Below are positions 19,377 through 30,580 of a stretch of DNA of 35,991 nt, piece after piece. The first letter of the stretch is position 1; every line of letters begins with the position of its first letter. The stretch lies in UHGV virus genome UHGV-0222783; one strand, given 5' to 3'. Both the position numbers and the translations under genes were made by a program. The notes beneath the pieces were generated by a model. The model searched no databases and was not told where the DNA came from. It saw only the letters and a program-made list of their open reading frames with translations. This DNA comes from a virus.

Positions 19377-20270
19377 ATGGACCAGATGGCAGAAAACACA
19401 CCAGAAGTTGAAATCGAAACCGACGCGTCAGAGCAGATTCCTGATGATGTCGAACTGGCTGAAAAAGTCGAAACAGAAGATGGCAGTGAGTCCTCAGGCA
19501 ATGATGCAGAGGAGGCTACTGAAACTGATGACGACGAATCAGAACAGGAATTCTACTTTGGTGACGAAAAGCTGGATTCGCCAACCAGCGAAGATGGCGC
19601 TGAGCATGGACTGGTAAAACACCTGCGCAAGACGATTAAAGAGAAAGACCGCGAGCTGAAAGAGCTGATGCGTCAGTCTCAGAAACCCGTCGAGCAGCAG
19701 CCGGTAATCACTCAACCACCGCGAATGCCAAAACTGGATGATGAGGACATCGGTTTCGATGAAGAAATCTACCAGCAACGCATGGCTAAGTGGGCAGAGG
19801 ATAATGGCAAGTACCAGCAACAGGAGATGGCTCGCAAGCAGAAGGAGCAGGAGCTTCAGGCTGCCTATCAAGAGCGATTATCCAAATATCAGCAACGTGT
19901 TAAGGCTCTCAAAGTTCCTGGCTATCAGGAAGCTGAGCAGGCCGTACTCGAGGAAATCCCCATCGAGACACAAAACGCGATCCTGTTTGAGTCAGAGAAG
20001 CCGGAAATCGTTGTTCTGGCGCTTGGTCGCAACGCTGAACTGCGCAAGCAACTGGCAGAAGCTACCAACCCCGTAGCAATTGGTCGTCTGCTGGAACGTA
20101 TCGAATCGAAGGCCAGAATCATGCCAAAAGCAAAAACCACGGCAGCCACAACCCCGACGGTTAAGGGGAGCAACGGCGCAGTAATCAACAACCTCGACAA
20201 ATTGAAAGCCAAGGCGCTGGAAACTGGTGACTGGACGCCGTATTTCGCCGCTAAAAAGGCAAAAAAATAA
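19377..20270 (+). CDS. scaffolding protein (P22 gp8-like)
   Basis: 297 aa, very acidic N-terminus, helical, basic C-terminal coat-binding region (...WTPYFAAKKAKK); between portal and coat. Confidence 0.75.
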   Translation: MDQMAENTPEVEIETDASEQIPDDVELAEKVETEDGSESSGNDAEEATETDDDESEQEFYFGDEKLDSPTSEDGAEHGLVKHLRKTIKEKDRELKELMRQSQKPVEQQPVITQPPRMPKLDDEDIGFDEEIYQQRMAKWAEDNGKYQQQEMARKQKEQELQAAYQERLSKYQQRVKALKVPGYQEAEQAVLEEIPIETQNAILFESEKPEIVVLALGRNAELRKQLAEATNPVAIGRLLERIESKARIMPKAKTTAATTPTVKGSNGAVINNLDKLKAKALETGDWTPYFAAKKAKK

Positions 20271-20288
20271 CCTATCGGAGCATTAAGC

Positions 20289-21542
20289 ATGGATAACCAA
20301 TTAGCAAAAGACCTTGAAATCATGTTCGAAAACTACGTTGAAGGCTTTGAGGCCGCCTGCGTAGTTTCCCGTAACGCTAAAAAATTCCGTCCCGGTGATA
20401 CAGCAATGCAGCGAGCAGGTGATGTTCTGTATCGTCCGCAGCATTACCACATGAACATTGAGGAAGGCCTCGACCTCAGCAGCAAAACGCCAACAGCACT
20501 GGTTCAGCGCCTTGTTCCTTCAGTGTTCAAGGAGCCGAAAAACATTCTGTACACTCTGGATGCGCGTGAAATGCGTGACCCTGAGCATAAAACTGAAGCT
20601 GGTCGCGCCGCAGGTATGCGCCTTGCTGCACAGATTGACTCTGACCTGATTTCCATGGTCACGCAGCGTGCTACTAACGTGATCACAATGGCTGACTCAA
20701 CCACTGGTTCACAGGGCCGTGATTTGTGGAACTGTGCGGCAGGTATTGATGCCACCATGACGGCGATTGGTGTGCCACAGGGTATCAACCGCCGCTCTTT
20801 TTGGAACCCCTTCAACTACAAAGACCTTGCTGGCGAGCTTGGTCACCGAGCCTACGCTCAGGGCGCAACCCTGACAGCATACGAAAAAGCGCAGATCCCT
20901 CCGGTTGCTTCCTTTGATAGCTACAAGACCGATATTTCTGGTCGATTACCGAAAGGAAGCACTGAATCCTTGACAGTATCAGGCCAACCTGAACACAAGG
21001 TTGAAGCGAAAGATTCAAATGGTATGCCAGTTGATAACCGACAGGGGACTATTACGGTATCTGCATCTGGCTTGCAGGTTGGTGATGCGTTCACCATTGC
21101 CGGTGTGAATTCCGTACACCAGATCACAAAAGATACCACCGGTCAACCGCAGGTATTCCGTGTTCTGGCTGTTAGCGGAACTACCGTAACAATTTCTCCA
21201 AAGATTCTCCCTGTTGAAAATACTGATGTTGCGAGTCGTCCATATGCAAACGTCGATGCCAAACCGGCAGAATCAGCAGCAATCACCATTCTCAACAAGA
21301 ACGCAGCACCTGCTAACCTGTTCTGGGCTGATGGTTCTGTTGAACTGATGTACGGCAAACTGGCGTTCCCAACTGGTCAGGGTCCACAGGTAATGACAGC
21401 AACCACCGAGCAGGGCGCTACGCTGATCATGTCTTACTCCTTCGACCACATCAAAGGCGTAACCACTGCGCGTTTCACCACTCTGTACGGTTGCTCTGTA
21501 CTGGTTCCTGAATATACGGGCATCGTTATTGCTGGGCAGTAA
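20289..21542 (+). CDS. major coat protein (P22 gp5-like)
   Basis: 417 aa, position after scaffold. Followed by a strong intrinsic terminator. Confidence 0.85.
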   Translation: MDNQLAKDLEIMFENYVEGFEAACVVSRNAKKFRPGDTAMQRAGDVLYRPQHYHMNIEEGLDLSSKTPTALVQRLVPSVFKEPKNILYTLDAREMRDPEHKTEAGRAAGMRLAAQIDSDLISMVTQRATNVITMADSTTGSQGRDLWNCAAGIDATMTAIGVPQGINRRSFWNPFNYKDLAGELGHRAYAQGATLTAYEKAQIPPVASFDSYKTDISGRLPKGSTESLTVSGQPEHKVEAKDSNGMPVDNRQGTITVSASGLQVGDAFTIAGVNSVHQITKDTTGQPQVFRVLAVSGTTVTISPKILPVENTDVASRPYANVDAKPAESAAITILNKNAAPANLFWADGSVELMYGKLAFPTGQGPQVMTATTEQGATLIMSYSFDHIKGVTTARFTTLYGCSVLVPEYTGIVIAGQ

Positions 21543-21549
21543 TTTTGGT

Positions 21550-21570
21550 GGGGCTTCGGCCCCATTTTTA
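21550..21570 (+). terminator. intrinsic terminator after coat gene
   Basis: ggggc-ttcg-gcccc hairpin (21550..21563) followed by attttta. Confidence 0.6.
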
Positions 21571-21583
21571 TTGGGAGAAGACA

Positions 21584-21772
21584 ATGGCACGAACAATGCT
21601 CTATAAGCCAGGCAACATGATCACCTGCGGTCAGTTTGCTGTCGATTACATCATTGTTGATGACGAAGAAGTTAAATCTCACCTGAAAAAAGGTTGGGTA
21701 AAAACTCCTGAAGAAACCGCAACGAAGCAAAAAGTGGCTAAGGCGGAAGAAGATGGCGAAAACGAAGGGTGA
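21584..21772 (+). CDS. hypothetical small protein (62 aa) between coat and gp4-like
   Basis: ATG 21584 after GGGAGAAG SD (MARTMLYKPGNMITCGQFAVDYIIVDDEEVK...). The track start at 21545 is a TTG. Confidence 0.4.
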   Translation: MARTMLYKPGNMITCGQFAVDYIIVDDEEVKSHLKKGWVKTPEETATKQKVAKAEEDGENEG

Positions 21773-22214
21773 TCTCGTTCTAAAGGCTTTACGAAAAGCT
21801 GGGCTGTATTCCAATGCCACGTTGACAGATGCTGACCCTCAGGCAATTGAAGATGCCATTAATGACCTCGAAGACATGATGGCAGCATGGCAGGCGAAAG
21901 GTATCGAGCTTGGGTATCAGTTTGCTGATACAGAAAACGGCATCATGCCGTTACCTGACGATGATTCAGGCATCCCTGCATGGGCAAATGATGGCGTCGC
22001 TTTGAAACTCGCTGTGCAAGTGTGCATGGATAACGTCATTCAGCCGTCAGACGCTCTCCTTACCGCTGCTGACAGTGCATATCAAACAATCTGTATCGCT
22101 TTAACCAAAATACCACCACTTGAGCGGCGAAATGACATGCCTCGCGGTAATGGTAACAAAAGCGCGTTTACGTGGAATCGGTTTTACATCGAGAAAGATG
22201 ATCCGAGTACGTGA
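21753..22214 (+). CDS. head-to-tail adaptor / head completion protein (P22 gp4-like)
   Basis: 153 aa; gene order TerS-TerL-portal-scaffold-coat-gp4-gp10-gp26 as in P22-like podoviruses. Confidence 0.65.
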   Translation: MAKTKGDLVLKALRKAGLYSNATLTDADPQAIEDAINDLEDMMAAWQAKGIELGYQFADTENGIMPLPDDDSGIPAWANDGVALKLAVQVCMDNVIQPSDALLTAADSAYQTICIALTKIPPLERRNDMPRGNGNKSAFTWNRFYIEKDDPST

Positions 22215-22223
22215 GGTGAATAA

Positions 22224-23642
22224 ATGCCGATTCAGCAACTTCCGCTTATGAAAGGTGTCGGCAAAGACTTTAGAAACGCCGACTATATCGACTATCTGCC
22301 AGTGAATATGTTGGCTACACCCAAAGAAATCCTTAACAGCAGCGGATATCTTCGCTCATTCCCGGGCATTGCCAAACGCTCTGATGTAAACGGTGTATCG
22401 CGCGGAGTTGAGTACAACATGGCGCAGAATGCTGTTTATCGCGTGTGTGGCGGCAAGCTGTACAAAGGAGAAAGTGAAGTCGGTGATGTTGCCGGAAGTG
22501 GTCGTGTATCAATGGCGCATGGTCGAACATCTCAGGCTGTAGGCGTTAATGGTCAACTGGTTGAGTATCGCTATGATGGCACGGTTAAAACCGTCTCAAA
22601 CTGGCCTGCAGACAGCGGATTTACGCAGTATGAGTTAGGTTCAGTCCGCGACATTACACGCTTACGTGGGCGTTATGCGTGGTCAAAAGACGGCACGGAT
22701 TCATGGTTTATTACTGACCTTGAAGACGAATCGCACCCTGACCGATACAGCGCACAATATCGCGCAGAATCGCAGCCTGACGGCATTATCGGCATCGGAA
22801 CATGGCGAGACTTCATTGTCTGCTTTGGTTCATCAACGATTGAATATTTCTCCATGACTGGTGCAACCACTGTTGGTGCCGCTTTGTATGTCGCACAGCC
22901 ATCGCTGATGGTGCAGAAAGGTATTGCCGGGACTTACTGCAAAACGCCGTTTGCTGATTCGTATGCGTTCATCAGCAATCCGGCAACAGGCGCGCCTTCT
23001 GTATACATCATCGGCTCCGGTCAGGTATCACCAATAGCCAGCGCGAGCATTGAGAAAATCCTCCGCTCCTACACTGCTGATGAACTGGCTGATGGCGTGA
23101 TGGAATCGTTGCGGTTTGATGCTCATGAGTTGCTGATTATTCACCTGCCGCGCCACGTCCTCGTGTACGACGCATCTTCAAGCGCCAATGGTCCGCAATG
23201 GTGTGTACTGAAAACAGGCCTGTATGACGATGTGTACCGCGCTATCGACTTCATTTACGAAGGCAACCAAATTACGTGCGGCGATAAGCTTGAATCGATG
23301 ACAGGGAAATTGCAGTTCGATATCAGCAGCCAGTACGACAGGCAACAGGAACACCTGCTGTTTACTCCGTTGTTCAAAGCGGATAACGCCAGAGTTTTCG
23401 ACCTTGAGGTTGAGTCGTCAACTGGCGTTGCGCAGTATGCTGACCGCCTTTTTCTCTCTGCAACCACTGACGGCATCAATTACGGGCGTGAGCAGATGAT
23501 TGAGCAGAATGAACCGTTCGTTTACGACAAACGTGTTTTGTGGAAGCGAGTAGGGCGCATCAGGAAAAATGTCGGCTTCAAATTGCGCGTTATCACGAAG
23601 TCACCTGTCACTCTGTCTGGTTGCCAGATAAGGATTGAGTAA
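22224..23642 (+). CDS. tail hub protein (P22 gp10-like)
   Basis: 472 aa (same length as P22 gp10), gene order. Confidence 0.65.
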   Translation: MPIQQLPLMKGVGKDFRNADYIDYLPVNMLATPKEILNSSGYLRSFPGIAKRSDVNGVSRGVEYNMAQNAVYRVCGGKLYKGESEVGDVAGSGRVSMAHGRTSQAVGVNGQLVEYRYDGTVKTVSNWPADSGFTQYELGSVRDITRLRGRYAWSKDGTDSWFITDLEDESHPDRYSAQYRAESQPDGIIGIGTWRDFIVCFGSSTIEYFSMTGATTVGAALYVAQPSLMVQKGIAGTYCKTPFADSYAFISNPATGAPSVYIIGSGQVSPIASASIEKILRSYTADELADGVMESLRFDAHELLIIHLPRHVLVYDASSSANGPQWCVLKTGLYDDVYRAIDFIYEGNQITCGDKLESMTGKLQFDISSQYDRQQEHLLFTPLFKADNARVFDLEVESSTGVAQYADRLFLSATTDGINYGREQMIEQNEPFVYDKRVLWKRVGRIRKNVGFKLRVITKSPVTLSGCQIRIE

Positions 23643-24343
23643 TGGCTGATTCGAATCTCAATGAGCCGGTAACAATTCAGGCTACACGACTCGATACATC
23701 AATCCTTCCACGCAATATATTCAGCCAGTCTTACCTGCTGTATGTCATTAATCAGGGGGCTGATGTCGGCGCAATTGCCGGGAAGGCAAATCAGGCTGGT
23801 CAGGGCGCTTACGATGCCCAGGTAAAAAACGATGAACAGGATGTCGAACTGGCTGATCACGACGCAAGAATCACCGCAAACACAAAAGCGATAAATCTAC
23901 TTGAGGTCAGGTTAACAACTGCCGAAGGGAAGATAGTCGTACTGCGTAGCGATGTTGATTACTTGCTGGATGAGGTTATCGATATTCAGGCGCATCTGGT
24001 CACTGTTGACCAAAGACTGGATGACGTAGAAAACGATGTCTCTGGCATTAAGAGTGATTACGTATCGAAAACCGTAACCGAATTGCAGTCTCTTGCGTCA
24101 CCGCTGGATGTAAAAACATCATATTCAGTTGATGGAATTCAGGTCGTTGGAGCAAGGCAGAGCGGATGGACTGCAGCCACAGGTACGCCACTTCTTGGTT
24201 CATTCAACGCTAACCAGTCATACACGGTCGGCACTACGTACACACAATCCGAAGTCGCAGCTCTCGCTACAGGTTTGGAGCAGGCGCGGCAGCGTATTCT
24301 GGCGCTTGAAACAGCACTTAGATTACATGGGCTGATTGACTGA
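23642..24343 (+). CDS. tail needle / plug protein (P22 gp26-like)
   Basis: 233 aa, extended heptad-like coiled coil (..[46 protein letters not shown]..). Confidence 0.75.
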   Translation: MADSNLNEPVTIQATRLDTSILPRNIFSQSYLLYVINQGADVGAIAGKANQAGQGAYDAQVKNDEQDVELADHDARITANTKAINLLEVRLTTAEGKIVVLRSDVDYLLDEVIDIQAHLVTVDQRLDDVENDVSGIKSDYVSKTVTELQSLASPLDVKTSYSVDGIQVVGARQSGWTAATGTPLLGSFNANQSYTVGTTYTQSEVAALATGLEQARQRILALETALRLHGLID

Positions 24344-24798
24344 TGATTACATTCAAACCAACGCGAAACATCGACCTGATAGAAGCCGTAGGAAATCACC
24401 CTGACATTATCGCCGGGAGCAACAACGGTGATGGATACGACTACAAACCTGAATGCCGTTACTTTGAGGTTAACGTGCACGGTCAGTTCGGCGGCATTGT
24501 TTACTATCAGGAGATTCAGCCGCTGACATTCGATTGCCACGCCATGTACCTGCCAGAGGTTCGTGGATTCAGCAAGGAAATCGGGCTGGCGTTCTGGCGA
24601 TACATTCTGACTAACACCACCGTTCAGTGCGTCACATCGTTCGCTGCACGCAAATTCCGCCACGGTCAGATGTACTGCGCAATGGTTGGCCTTAAGCGTG
24701 TAGGAACCATCAAGAAATACTTCAAAGGCGTGGATGACGTGACGTTTTACAGCGCCACACGCGAAGAACTAATCGACTTCCTGAATCACGGGAGATAG
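24343..24798 (+). CDS. head assembly protein (P22 gp14-like)
   Basis: 151 aa, gene order. Confidence 0.55.
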   Translation: MITFKPTRNIDLIEAVGNHPDIIAGSNNGDGYDYKPECRYFEVNVHGQFGGIVYYQEIQPLTFDCHAMYLPEVRGFSKEIGLAFWRYILTNTTVQCVTSFAARKFRHGQMYCAMVGLKRVGTIKKYFKGVDDVTFYSATREELIDFLNHGR

Positions 24799-24800
24799 CC

Positions 24801-25490
24801 ATGTTATATGCATTTAAGCTGGGCAGAAAACTGCGCGGCGAGGAACCTTATTGCCCTGAAAAAGGCGGGAAAGGTGGCTCCGATAAAAGTGCAAAGTATG
24901 CCGCAGAAGCTCAGAAGTATGCCGCAGACCTGCAAAATCAGCAGTTCAACACCATCATGAATAACCTGAAGCCGTTTACTCCTCTGGCTGAGAAGTATGT
25001 CGGCAGCCTCGAGAACTTATCGTCTCTGGAAGGGCAAGGTCAGGTACTTAACCAGTATTACAACTCTCAGCAGTACAAAGATCTTGCTGGTCAGGCTCGC
25101 TATCAGAGTCTGGCGGCAGCGGAAGCAACAGGTGGATTGGGTTCCACTGCAACCGGTAATCAGTTAGCAACAATCGCACCAACGCTTGGTCAGCAGTGGC
25201 TGTCTGGTCAGATGAACAATTACAACAACCTGGCAAATATCGGTCTTGGCGCACTGCAAGGTCAGGCAAACGCCGGGCAGACATATGCCAACAACATGAG
25301 TCAGATTTCACAGCAAAGCGCGGCTCTTGCAGCGGCAAACGCCAACCGACCGTCAGCATTGCGGCAGGGTGTTAGTGGTGCTGCATCCGGTGCGCTTTTG
25401 GGTGGTGGCATAGCCAGTGCTCTCGAGCTATCAACTCCGTGGGGGGCTGGTATTGGTGCTGGTCTTGGTCTGCTTGGTTCACTGTTTTAA
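24801..25490 (+). CDS. ejection/internal virion protein (P22 gp7-like)
   Basis: 229 aa, Gly/Ala/Gln-rich low-complexity body, Gly-rich hydrophobic C-terminus; gene order. Confidence 0.6.
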   Translation: MLYAFKLGRKLRGEEPYCPEKGGKGGSDKSAKYAAEAQKYAADLQNQQFNTIMNNLKPFTPLAEKYVGSLENLSSLEGQGQVLNQYYNSQQYKDLAGQARYQSLAAAEATGGLGSTATGNQLATIAPTLGQQWLSGQMNNYNNLANIGLGALQGQANAGQTYANNMSQISQQSAALAAANANRPSALRQGVSGAASGALLGGGIASALELSTPWGAGIGAGLGLLGSLF

Positions 25491-25500
25491 GGGTTAATCA

Positions 25501-26952
25501 ATGGCTACGTGGCAACAGGGTATTAATTCTGGTGGGTTTCTGGCTGGCATCGGTACGCAAAATGAGAATGCGCCAAAGGCAAGCGACATTAACGCAACGC
25601 TTGGTCTGATCCGCGAAAACAATGAACTGGCTCGATCAGGTGCAAATAACGTTGCTCTGACAGGTCTTCGTGGTCTGGCTGGAGTTGCTGATATTTATAA
25701 GCAGCAGCAAAAGCAGGAGCGTAAAGCGGCATTCCAGAAAGGTTATGCGGATGCTTATGCGTCCGGCGACAGGGAGCAGATGCGTAATCTTATTACAGCA
25801 TTCCCCGAAGAGTTTGAGGAAGTCCGTAAAGGCATGGGGTATGTCGATGACGCCCAGCGGGATGATTTTGGCAATCTGGCGCTTAAGGCTCAGGTCGCTT
25901 CGTCGCTTGGTCCGGGTGCATTTGGCAGGTTCATGATGGATAACGAAAAGGAGATGCGTCGTTTAGGTATCCCTCCAGAAACTATTGCGGAAATGCAGGT
26001 TAATGACCCGCAGGGCTTCCAGCACTTCGCAGGTAATCTGGCACTATTTTCTCTCGGTCATGAGAAGTATTTCGATATCAAAGATCAAATGGAAGGTCGG
26101 GATATTGAGCGTGGCAAGTTGGCAGAGACGATTCGCAGCAATAAAGCTGGGGAAGGTTTAAAGGCGCAAAGCATTGCTGTTAGCCGTGAAAACTCCCTGC
26201 GCACTGCTGGAGGTGCTGTTCCTGCATCTGTTAAAGAATATCAATATTTCAACAGCCTGTCTCCAGAGCAACAAAAGACATATCTTCGTGTTCGAGGTCG
26301 TCCTGATGCTGGCGGGGAGAATGTTGTGCAACTGGCAGATGGCAGAACGGTAACGGTTGGTAGGAAGCTTCACGGCGCTGGTGCTAATGCGTTCTACGAA
26401 GGAATAGACAACGAGGGCAATATGATTCGCGTCCCCGCCAGTTCTATTGCTGCTCCGGCTACATCGGCAGCTAATGCACAGAATTACGAAATGAAGAAAG
26501 ATCTTGATGCAATTTCTGGCGCATCAATTGACGATCTTGGCTTCATGACAGGTATTACAGGTTCTTCAGGTTCTTTTGCTCTTGGTGCAGATATTCGTAG
26601 CAGGGCATCTGGTGTTGAGGAGAGGAGGCTATACAACGCTGCACAGCGAATCATGGGCAAAATGCAAAATCAGGGGATTGCAGCAGCCCGAGATATGGGG
26701 GCATCTGGCATCAACACCGAAGCAGAGGCCAATAGGTATTTTCAGGGTATGCCAAAGCCTGATTTCTCAAGTCCTGAAGCGCTGCAACAATCAATGCGCG
26801 ACATTCAGCAATATACCGACAATTACAACCAGCAATATAACGTTAATGTTGGTAATGGCGGGAAGAAATCATCAAGGCAACAGCCAGCTACTCAGCAATC
26901 AGCAGGAGGTAGCTACACGTCAAAATCAGGCATTCAATTTACGGTGGAATGA
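25501..26952 (+). CDS. ejection protein (P22 gp20-like)
   Basis: 483 aa, gene order. Confidence 0.6.
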   Translation: MATWQQGINSGGFLAGIGTQNENAPKASDINATLGLIRENNELARSGANNVALTGLRGLAGVADIYKQQQKQERKAAFQKGYADAYASGDREQMRNLITAFPEEFEEVRKGMGYVDDAQRDDFGNLALKAQVASSLGPGAFGRFMMDNEKEMRRLGIPPETIAEMQVNDPQGFQHFAGNLALFSLGHEKYFDIKDQMEGRDIERGKLAETIRSNKAGEGLKAQSIAVSRENSLRTAGGAVPASVKEYQYFNSLSPEQQKTYLRVRGRPDAGGENVVQLADGRTVTVGRKLHGAGANAFYEGIDNEGNMIRVPASSIAAPATSAANAQNYEMKKDLDAISGASIDDLGFMTGITGSSGSFALGADIRSRASGVEERRLYNAAQRIMGKMQNQGIAAARDMGASGINTEAEANRYFQGMPKPDFSSPEALQQSMRDIQQYTDNYNQQYNVNVGNGGKKSSRQQPATQQSAGGSYTSKSGIQFTVE

Positions 26953-28964
26953 TGAAAGTAACTGCAAATGGTAAGACATTTACCTTTCCTGATGGTACGA
27001 GCACGGAAGATATTGGGTCCGCCATTGATGAGTATTTTGCTGGTCAGTCAGCGCCAACACAACAAGGTGTTCAGCAATCGCCAGCAGACAACTCACTTGC
27101 ATCAGGATATGCACAGCTTGCCACTCAGCAGAAGGAAGGACTAGATCGCTCTGCTGAGCAAGGGGCTGTTTTAGGTGCTGCAATGCGCGATGCCGTTACC
27201 GGTGAAAGCCGAATGACACCAGAAATGGAGAGACTGCAAAATGTTGGGGCTGCCCCTGAGTTGAACTCACTAAGCATGGATGCCCTGAAGGCTGGATGGT
27301 CTCAACTTTTCGGCTCCGACGCGTCTCAGGAAAAGATTCTTCAGAGTATGGGGGCGAAATTAAGGCAGGATGAGAAGGGTAACACTATCGTTTCCCTGCC
27401 ATCCGGTGATTATGCCCTGAACAAGCCAGGTTTATCACCGCAAGACCTGACTTCGTTTCTTGCTAATGCGTTAGCGTTCACACCAGCGGGCAGGGCTGGA
27501 ACGGTGCTTGGTGCCATAGGGAAATCAGCTGCTACAGATTTAGCACTACAGGGTGGCACCAGCCTTGCTGGCGGAGAAGATATTGATCCTGCACAAACGG
27601 TAATTTCTGCTGGCATTGGTGGTGTTGGCAAGGGGCTGGAAAATACAGTTAGTGCGGTTTCCAGGGCTGTTCGCGGTGAGATGTCACCGGAAGCAAAGGC
27701 TGCTGTCGATTTTGCGTCGGAAAGAAACCTGCCGTTAATGACCAGTGACACGCTGAAAGATAAAACCTTTATGCAGAGTCAGGCTCAGACATTAGGCGAA
27801 AGAGTTCCTTTTTTTGGAACCGGTAAGAATCGGCTGAATCAACAACAAGCACGAGAAAATTTAGTCAGAACATTTAGCGATGGTCTGGGTGGCATTTCTG
27901 ATAAACAGCTTTATGAATCTGCGACTAAAGGGCAACAAAAATTCATTGAGGCAGCAGGAAAGCGATATAACCGCATAATTGACGCTATGGGGGATACCCC
28001 TGTCGATCTCTCAAACACGGTAAAAGCTATCGACAATCAGATTGCCGTGTTAAGCCGCCCGGGCAAATCTCAGGATAGAGCCGCGGTAAAAGTCTTGCAG
28101 CAATTTAAAGACGATATCACCAGCGGACCCAATGACCTGCGTCTGGCGAGAGAAAACAGAACTGACCTTCGAAAGCGGTTCATGAATTCAAACGAGACTG
28201 TTGATAAAGACACGCTCCAGAAAGCCAGCGATATTGTCTACAAGGCATATACAGCGGATATGAAAAAAGCAGTATCCCAAAAACTAGGCTCAGAAGAAGC
28301 TGCCAATATGTCTAGGGTTGATCGCTCATGGGCTAGATTCAATGACATGATGGGAAGAACGCGCGTTCAAAAGGCAATAGCCAGCGGCAAGGCTACACCT
28401 GAGGATGTAACAAAACTCGTTTTTAGCCAAAACCCATCAGAACGTTCTCAGCTTTACAGGCTTCTGGATGACAATGGTAGGCAAAACGCACGAGCAGCCA
28501 TAGTTCAGAATGCTGTAGATAAGGCGACTGATCCGTCTGGAAATATTAGTGTTGAAAAGTTTATTAATGCGTTACACCGGAACAGGAAGCAATCAGCAAC
28601 TTTCTTTAAAGGCGTACATGGAAAGGAACTGGACGGCGTTATTAAATACCTCAACGATACAAGACACGCGGCAAAAGCGAACGTTCAAAACTTAAATGGT
28701 CAGCAGCTTTATGGATTGTTAGTTGGTGGTGGCATCATAAACGCAGCAGTATTAGCGGGGATGCTAAAAACGGCTGCGTTTGTTGTTCCTGCTGCTGGTG
28801 TCGTAGGAGGAGCTGCGAAGGCATACGAAAGCCCTGTTATACGAAATGCCTTGTTACGTCTGGCAAATACGCCAAAAGGTAGCACAGCATATGACAGAGC
28901 GATCAGTACGGTCACACAATCGCTCACCAGAGTCGCACAGGCATCACAAAAAGAAGCTCAATAA
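26949..28964 (+). CDS. ejection protein (P22 gp16-like)
   Basis: 671 aa, gene order; C-terminal hydrophobic Gly-rich segment ([34 protein letters not shown]). Confidence 0.6.
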   Translation: MMKVTANGKTFTFPDGTSTEDIGSAIDEYFAGQSAPTQQGVQQSPADNSLASGYAQLATQQKEGLDRSAEQGAVLGAAMRDAVTGESRMTPEMERLQNVGAAPELNSLSMDALKAGWSQLFGSDASQEKILQSMGAKLRQDEKGNTIVSLPSGDYALNKPGLSPQDLTSFLANALAFTPAGRAGTVLGAIGKSAATDLALQGGTSLAGGEDIDPAQTVISAGIGGVGKGLENTVSAVSRAVRGEMSPEAKAAVDFASERNLPLMTSDTLKDKTFMQSQAQTLGERVPFFGTGKNRLNQQQARENLVRTFSDGLGGISDKQLYESATKGQQKFIEAAGKRYNRIIDAMGDTPVDLSNTVKAIDNQIAVLSRPGKSQDRAAVKVLQQFKDDITSGPNDLRLARENRTDLRKRFMNSNETVDKDTLQKASDIVYKAYTADMKKAVSQKLGSEEAANMSRVDRSWARFNDMMGRTRVQKAIASGKATPEDVTKLVFSQNPSERSQLYRLLDDNGRQNARAAIVQNAVDKATDPSGNISVEKFINALHRNRKQSATFFKGVHGKELDGVIKYLNDTRHAAKANVQNLNGQQLYGLLVGGGIINAAVLAGMLKTAAFVVPAAGVVGGAAKAYESPVIRNALLRLANTPKGSTAYDRAISTVTQSLTRVAQASQKEAQ

Positions 28965-28981
28965 CTGGCAGCCACGGATGG

Positions 28982-29332
28982 CTAATTTTTATTCTTTGAT
29001 CTCGTCCACAGGTAAAGAAGAGCAATGGCAAGACAGGAAACAGAGAATAGATAACCTACCTCATATGGTGCGCCAAAAAAATTAGCTATTGATACGGGCA
29101 AAAAAGCCGAAGCGATCAGAATTGAAAGGCAAAAAATAAGCCCAGTAACATAGTTTATTAAACTCTTAAATGAGAAACGTTTTGCTTGATTTACGGTCTC
29201 AGCGAGTGATCGCTTAACGATGGATAAAAGCAAATAGATGGCGACAGTAGCTAATGCCCCTTTCCACCAGTCTGGATATAGTTTTGCGACAATCAGCCCA
29301 AGGAAAACCATGATGACAGACTGAGCATTCAC
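28982..29332 (-). CDS. small polytopic inner-membrane protein (116 aa); candidate superinfection-exclusion protein by position
   Basis: GTG start at 29332 preceded by a perfect AAGGAGGT SD; about four hydrophobic helices. Sits where P22-like phages carry sieA-type exclusion genes. Confidence 0.5.
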   Translation of the reverse strand: MNAQSVIMVFLGLIVAKLYPDWWKGALATVAIYLLLSIVKRSLAETVNQAKRFSFKSLINYVTGLIFCLSILIASAFLPVSIANFFGAPYEVGYLFSVSCLAIALLYLWTRSKNKN

Positions 29333-29507
29333 ACCAACCTCCTTAGTTTTGCGCAGGATACCAGATGATGTATAGGAGTGGGAGTAAAGTTAGTCGGTGA
29401 TAGAACGGTGGTTGCATAATGATATCACGTGACGTAAACTTATTGCGCATAGCGTGTATTCAATGGATGCATAGCTATTGATAATCTCCGATAAGAAGGA
29501 GGTTTGT

Positions 29508-30074
29508 ATGAGCAATGAGACTAATGGGATTGATGAAATGTTTAGCTTGAACGCTGCCAAAGCTGGAGTCGCAATAGGTTTGCTATTACAGCAAGCTTCT
29601 GCGTTCAGTTGTGAGGTGGTTGTTACTGATAACGTTCAGCACGCTTACCATCAATCCTCATTCAGCAGTGAACGGGCTAATGATGAGCTTCATGAGGCGG
29701 TGTCTTCGATTAAAGAATTGTCTCGAATGCTGAAATACGCTTATCGTGTTCTTGCAAACGCTACCGATGAGAATGTAGACAATGTGTTGTCTATCATTGA
29801 ACCAGAAAAGTCTCGATTGATAGAGCATCAATTGAGAGGACTTGAAGGGGCAATGAAATCGGTATTCAAAGAAGCTTCTGCTGATTTTAAAGAGATCGCA
29901 AGAGATATCTATATCGTTGTTGCTGATGCCAGATCTGCCGTAACCAACCTGAATAGTCTTATTAAACAACGCTCATGTGTTCCGGTTGTTTTTGATAGTT
30001 CCGTAGATATGGCTGGTTTGCGTGCGCTTGCTGAGCACGGGACTCGTGTGTTTCACTCTGGTAACTTCCACTGA
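29508..30074 (+). CDS. hypothetical protein (188 aa), first gene of an accessory two-gene operon
   Basis: ATG 29508 after strong SD AAGGAGG. Predicted helical; no family recognised by eye. Confidence 0.5.
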   Translation: MSNETNGIDEMFSLNAAKAGVAIGLLLQQASAFSCEVVVTDNVQHAYHQSSFSSERANDELHEAVSSIKELSRMLKYAYRVLANATDENVDNVLSIIEPEKSRLIEHQLRGLEGAMKSVFKEASADFKEIARDIYIVVADARSAVTNLNSLIKQRSCVPVVFDSSVDMAGLRALAEHGTRVFHSGNFH

Positions 30075-30082
30075 GGTAAAAC

Positions 30083-30532
30083 ATGCAAGTAACCGTGGAA
30101 TATAATCAGGATAGTTTTGACTATTTTTTCTCCCCGGTTTTTGTTGAGTTTCCTGATTTAAAACAAACACTTGTAGATGATTTTATCATCTACAAGTCTA
30201 CGGGAACGTTGCCCAGCTATTTTGGCAGAGACACCTCTTATCATCGACCTCCTGATATTGAAGATGCAGGCCTTATGCACCTTCATTTAGCAATTGGTGA
30301 AAATAAATTTGAGCCAATAAAAAATGGCACAGATATCAGCACACCGCAAAAGTTGCAGTGGCATAAAACATCCAATACCGCTCTCGTTTATGCACAAAAT
30401 CTTTTTGATGAGAACAGGTATTCATTGATTGCTCTTTTTCATCCTGTAGCTCACATGTCTGCTAACAATCATAATAGAATGAGAGTGTTAGCAGGGTATG
30501 CGAGAGACTTTAGAAACACTATGTTTGACTAA
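30083..30532 (+). CDS. hypothetical protein (149 aa), second gene of the accessory operon
   Basis: ATG 30083, 8 nt after the upstream stop. His-rich motifs (HLHLA, FHPVAH). Followed by an intrinsic terminator. Confidence 0.5.
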   Translation: MQVTVEYNQDSFDYFFSPVFVEFPDLKQTLVDDFIIYKSTGTLPSYFGRDTSYHRPPDIEDAGLMHLHLAIGENKFEPIKNGTDISTPQKLQWHKTSNTALVYAQNLFDENRYSLIALFHPVAHMSANNHNRMRVLAGYARDFRNTMFD

Positions 30533-30533
30533 A

Positions 30534-30556
30534 CCCACCGTCAGGTGGGTTTTTTA
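30534..30556 (+). terminator. intrinsic terminator between convergent operons
   Basis: cccacc-gtca-ggtggg hairpin then tttttt, placed between the plus operon end (30532) and the minus ClpP-like gene end (30581). Confidence 0.6.
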
Positions 30557-30580
30557 TAAGGAGTAATCATGATTTACCCA

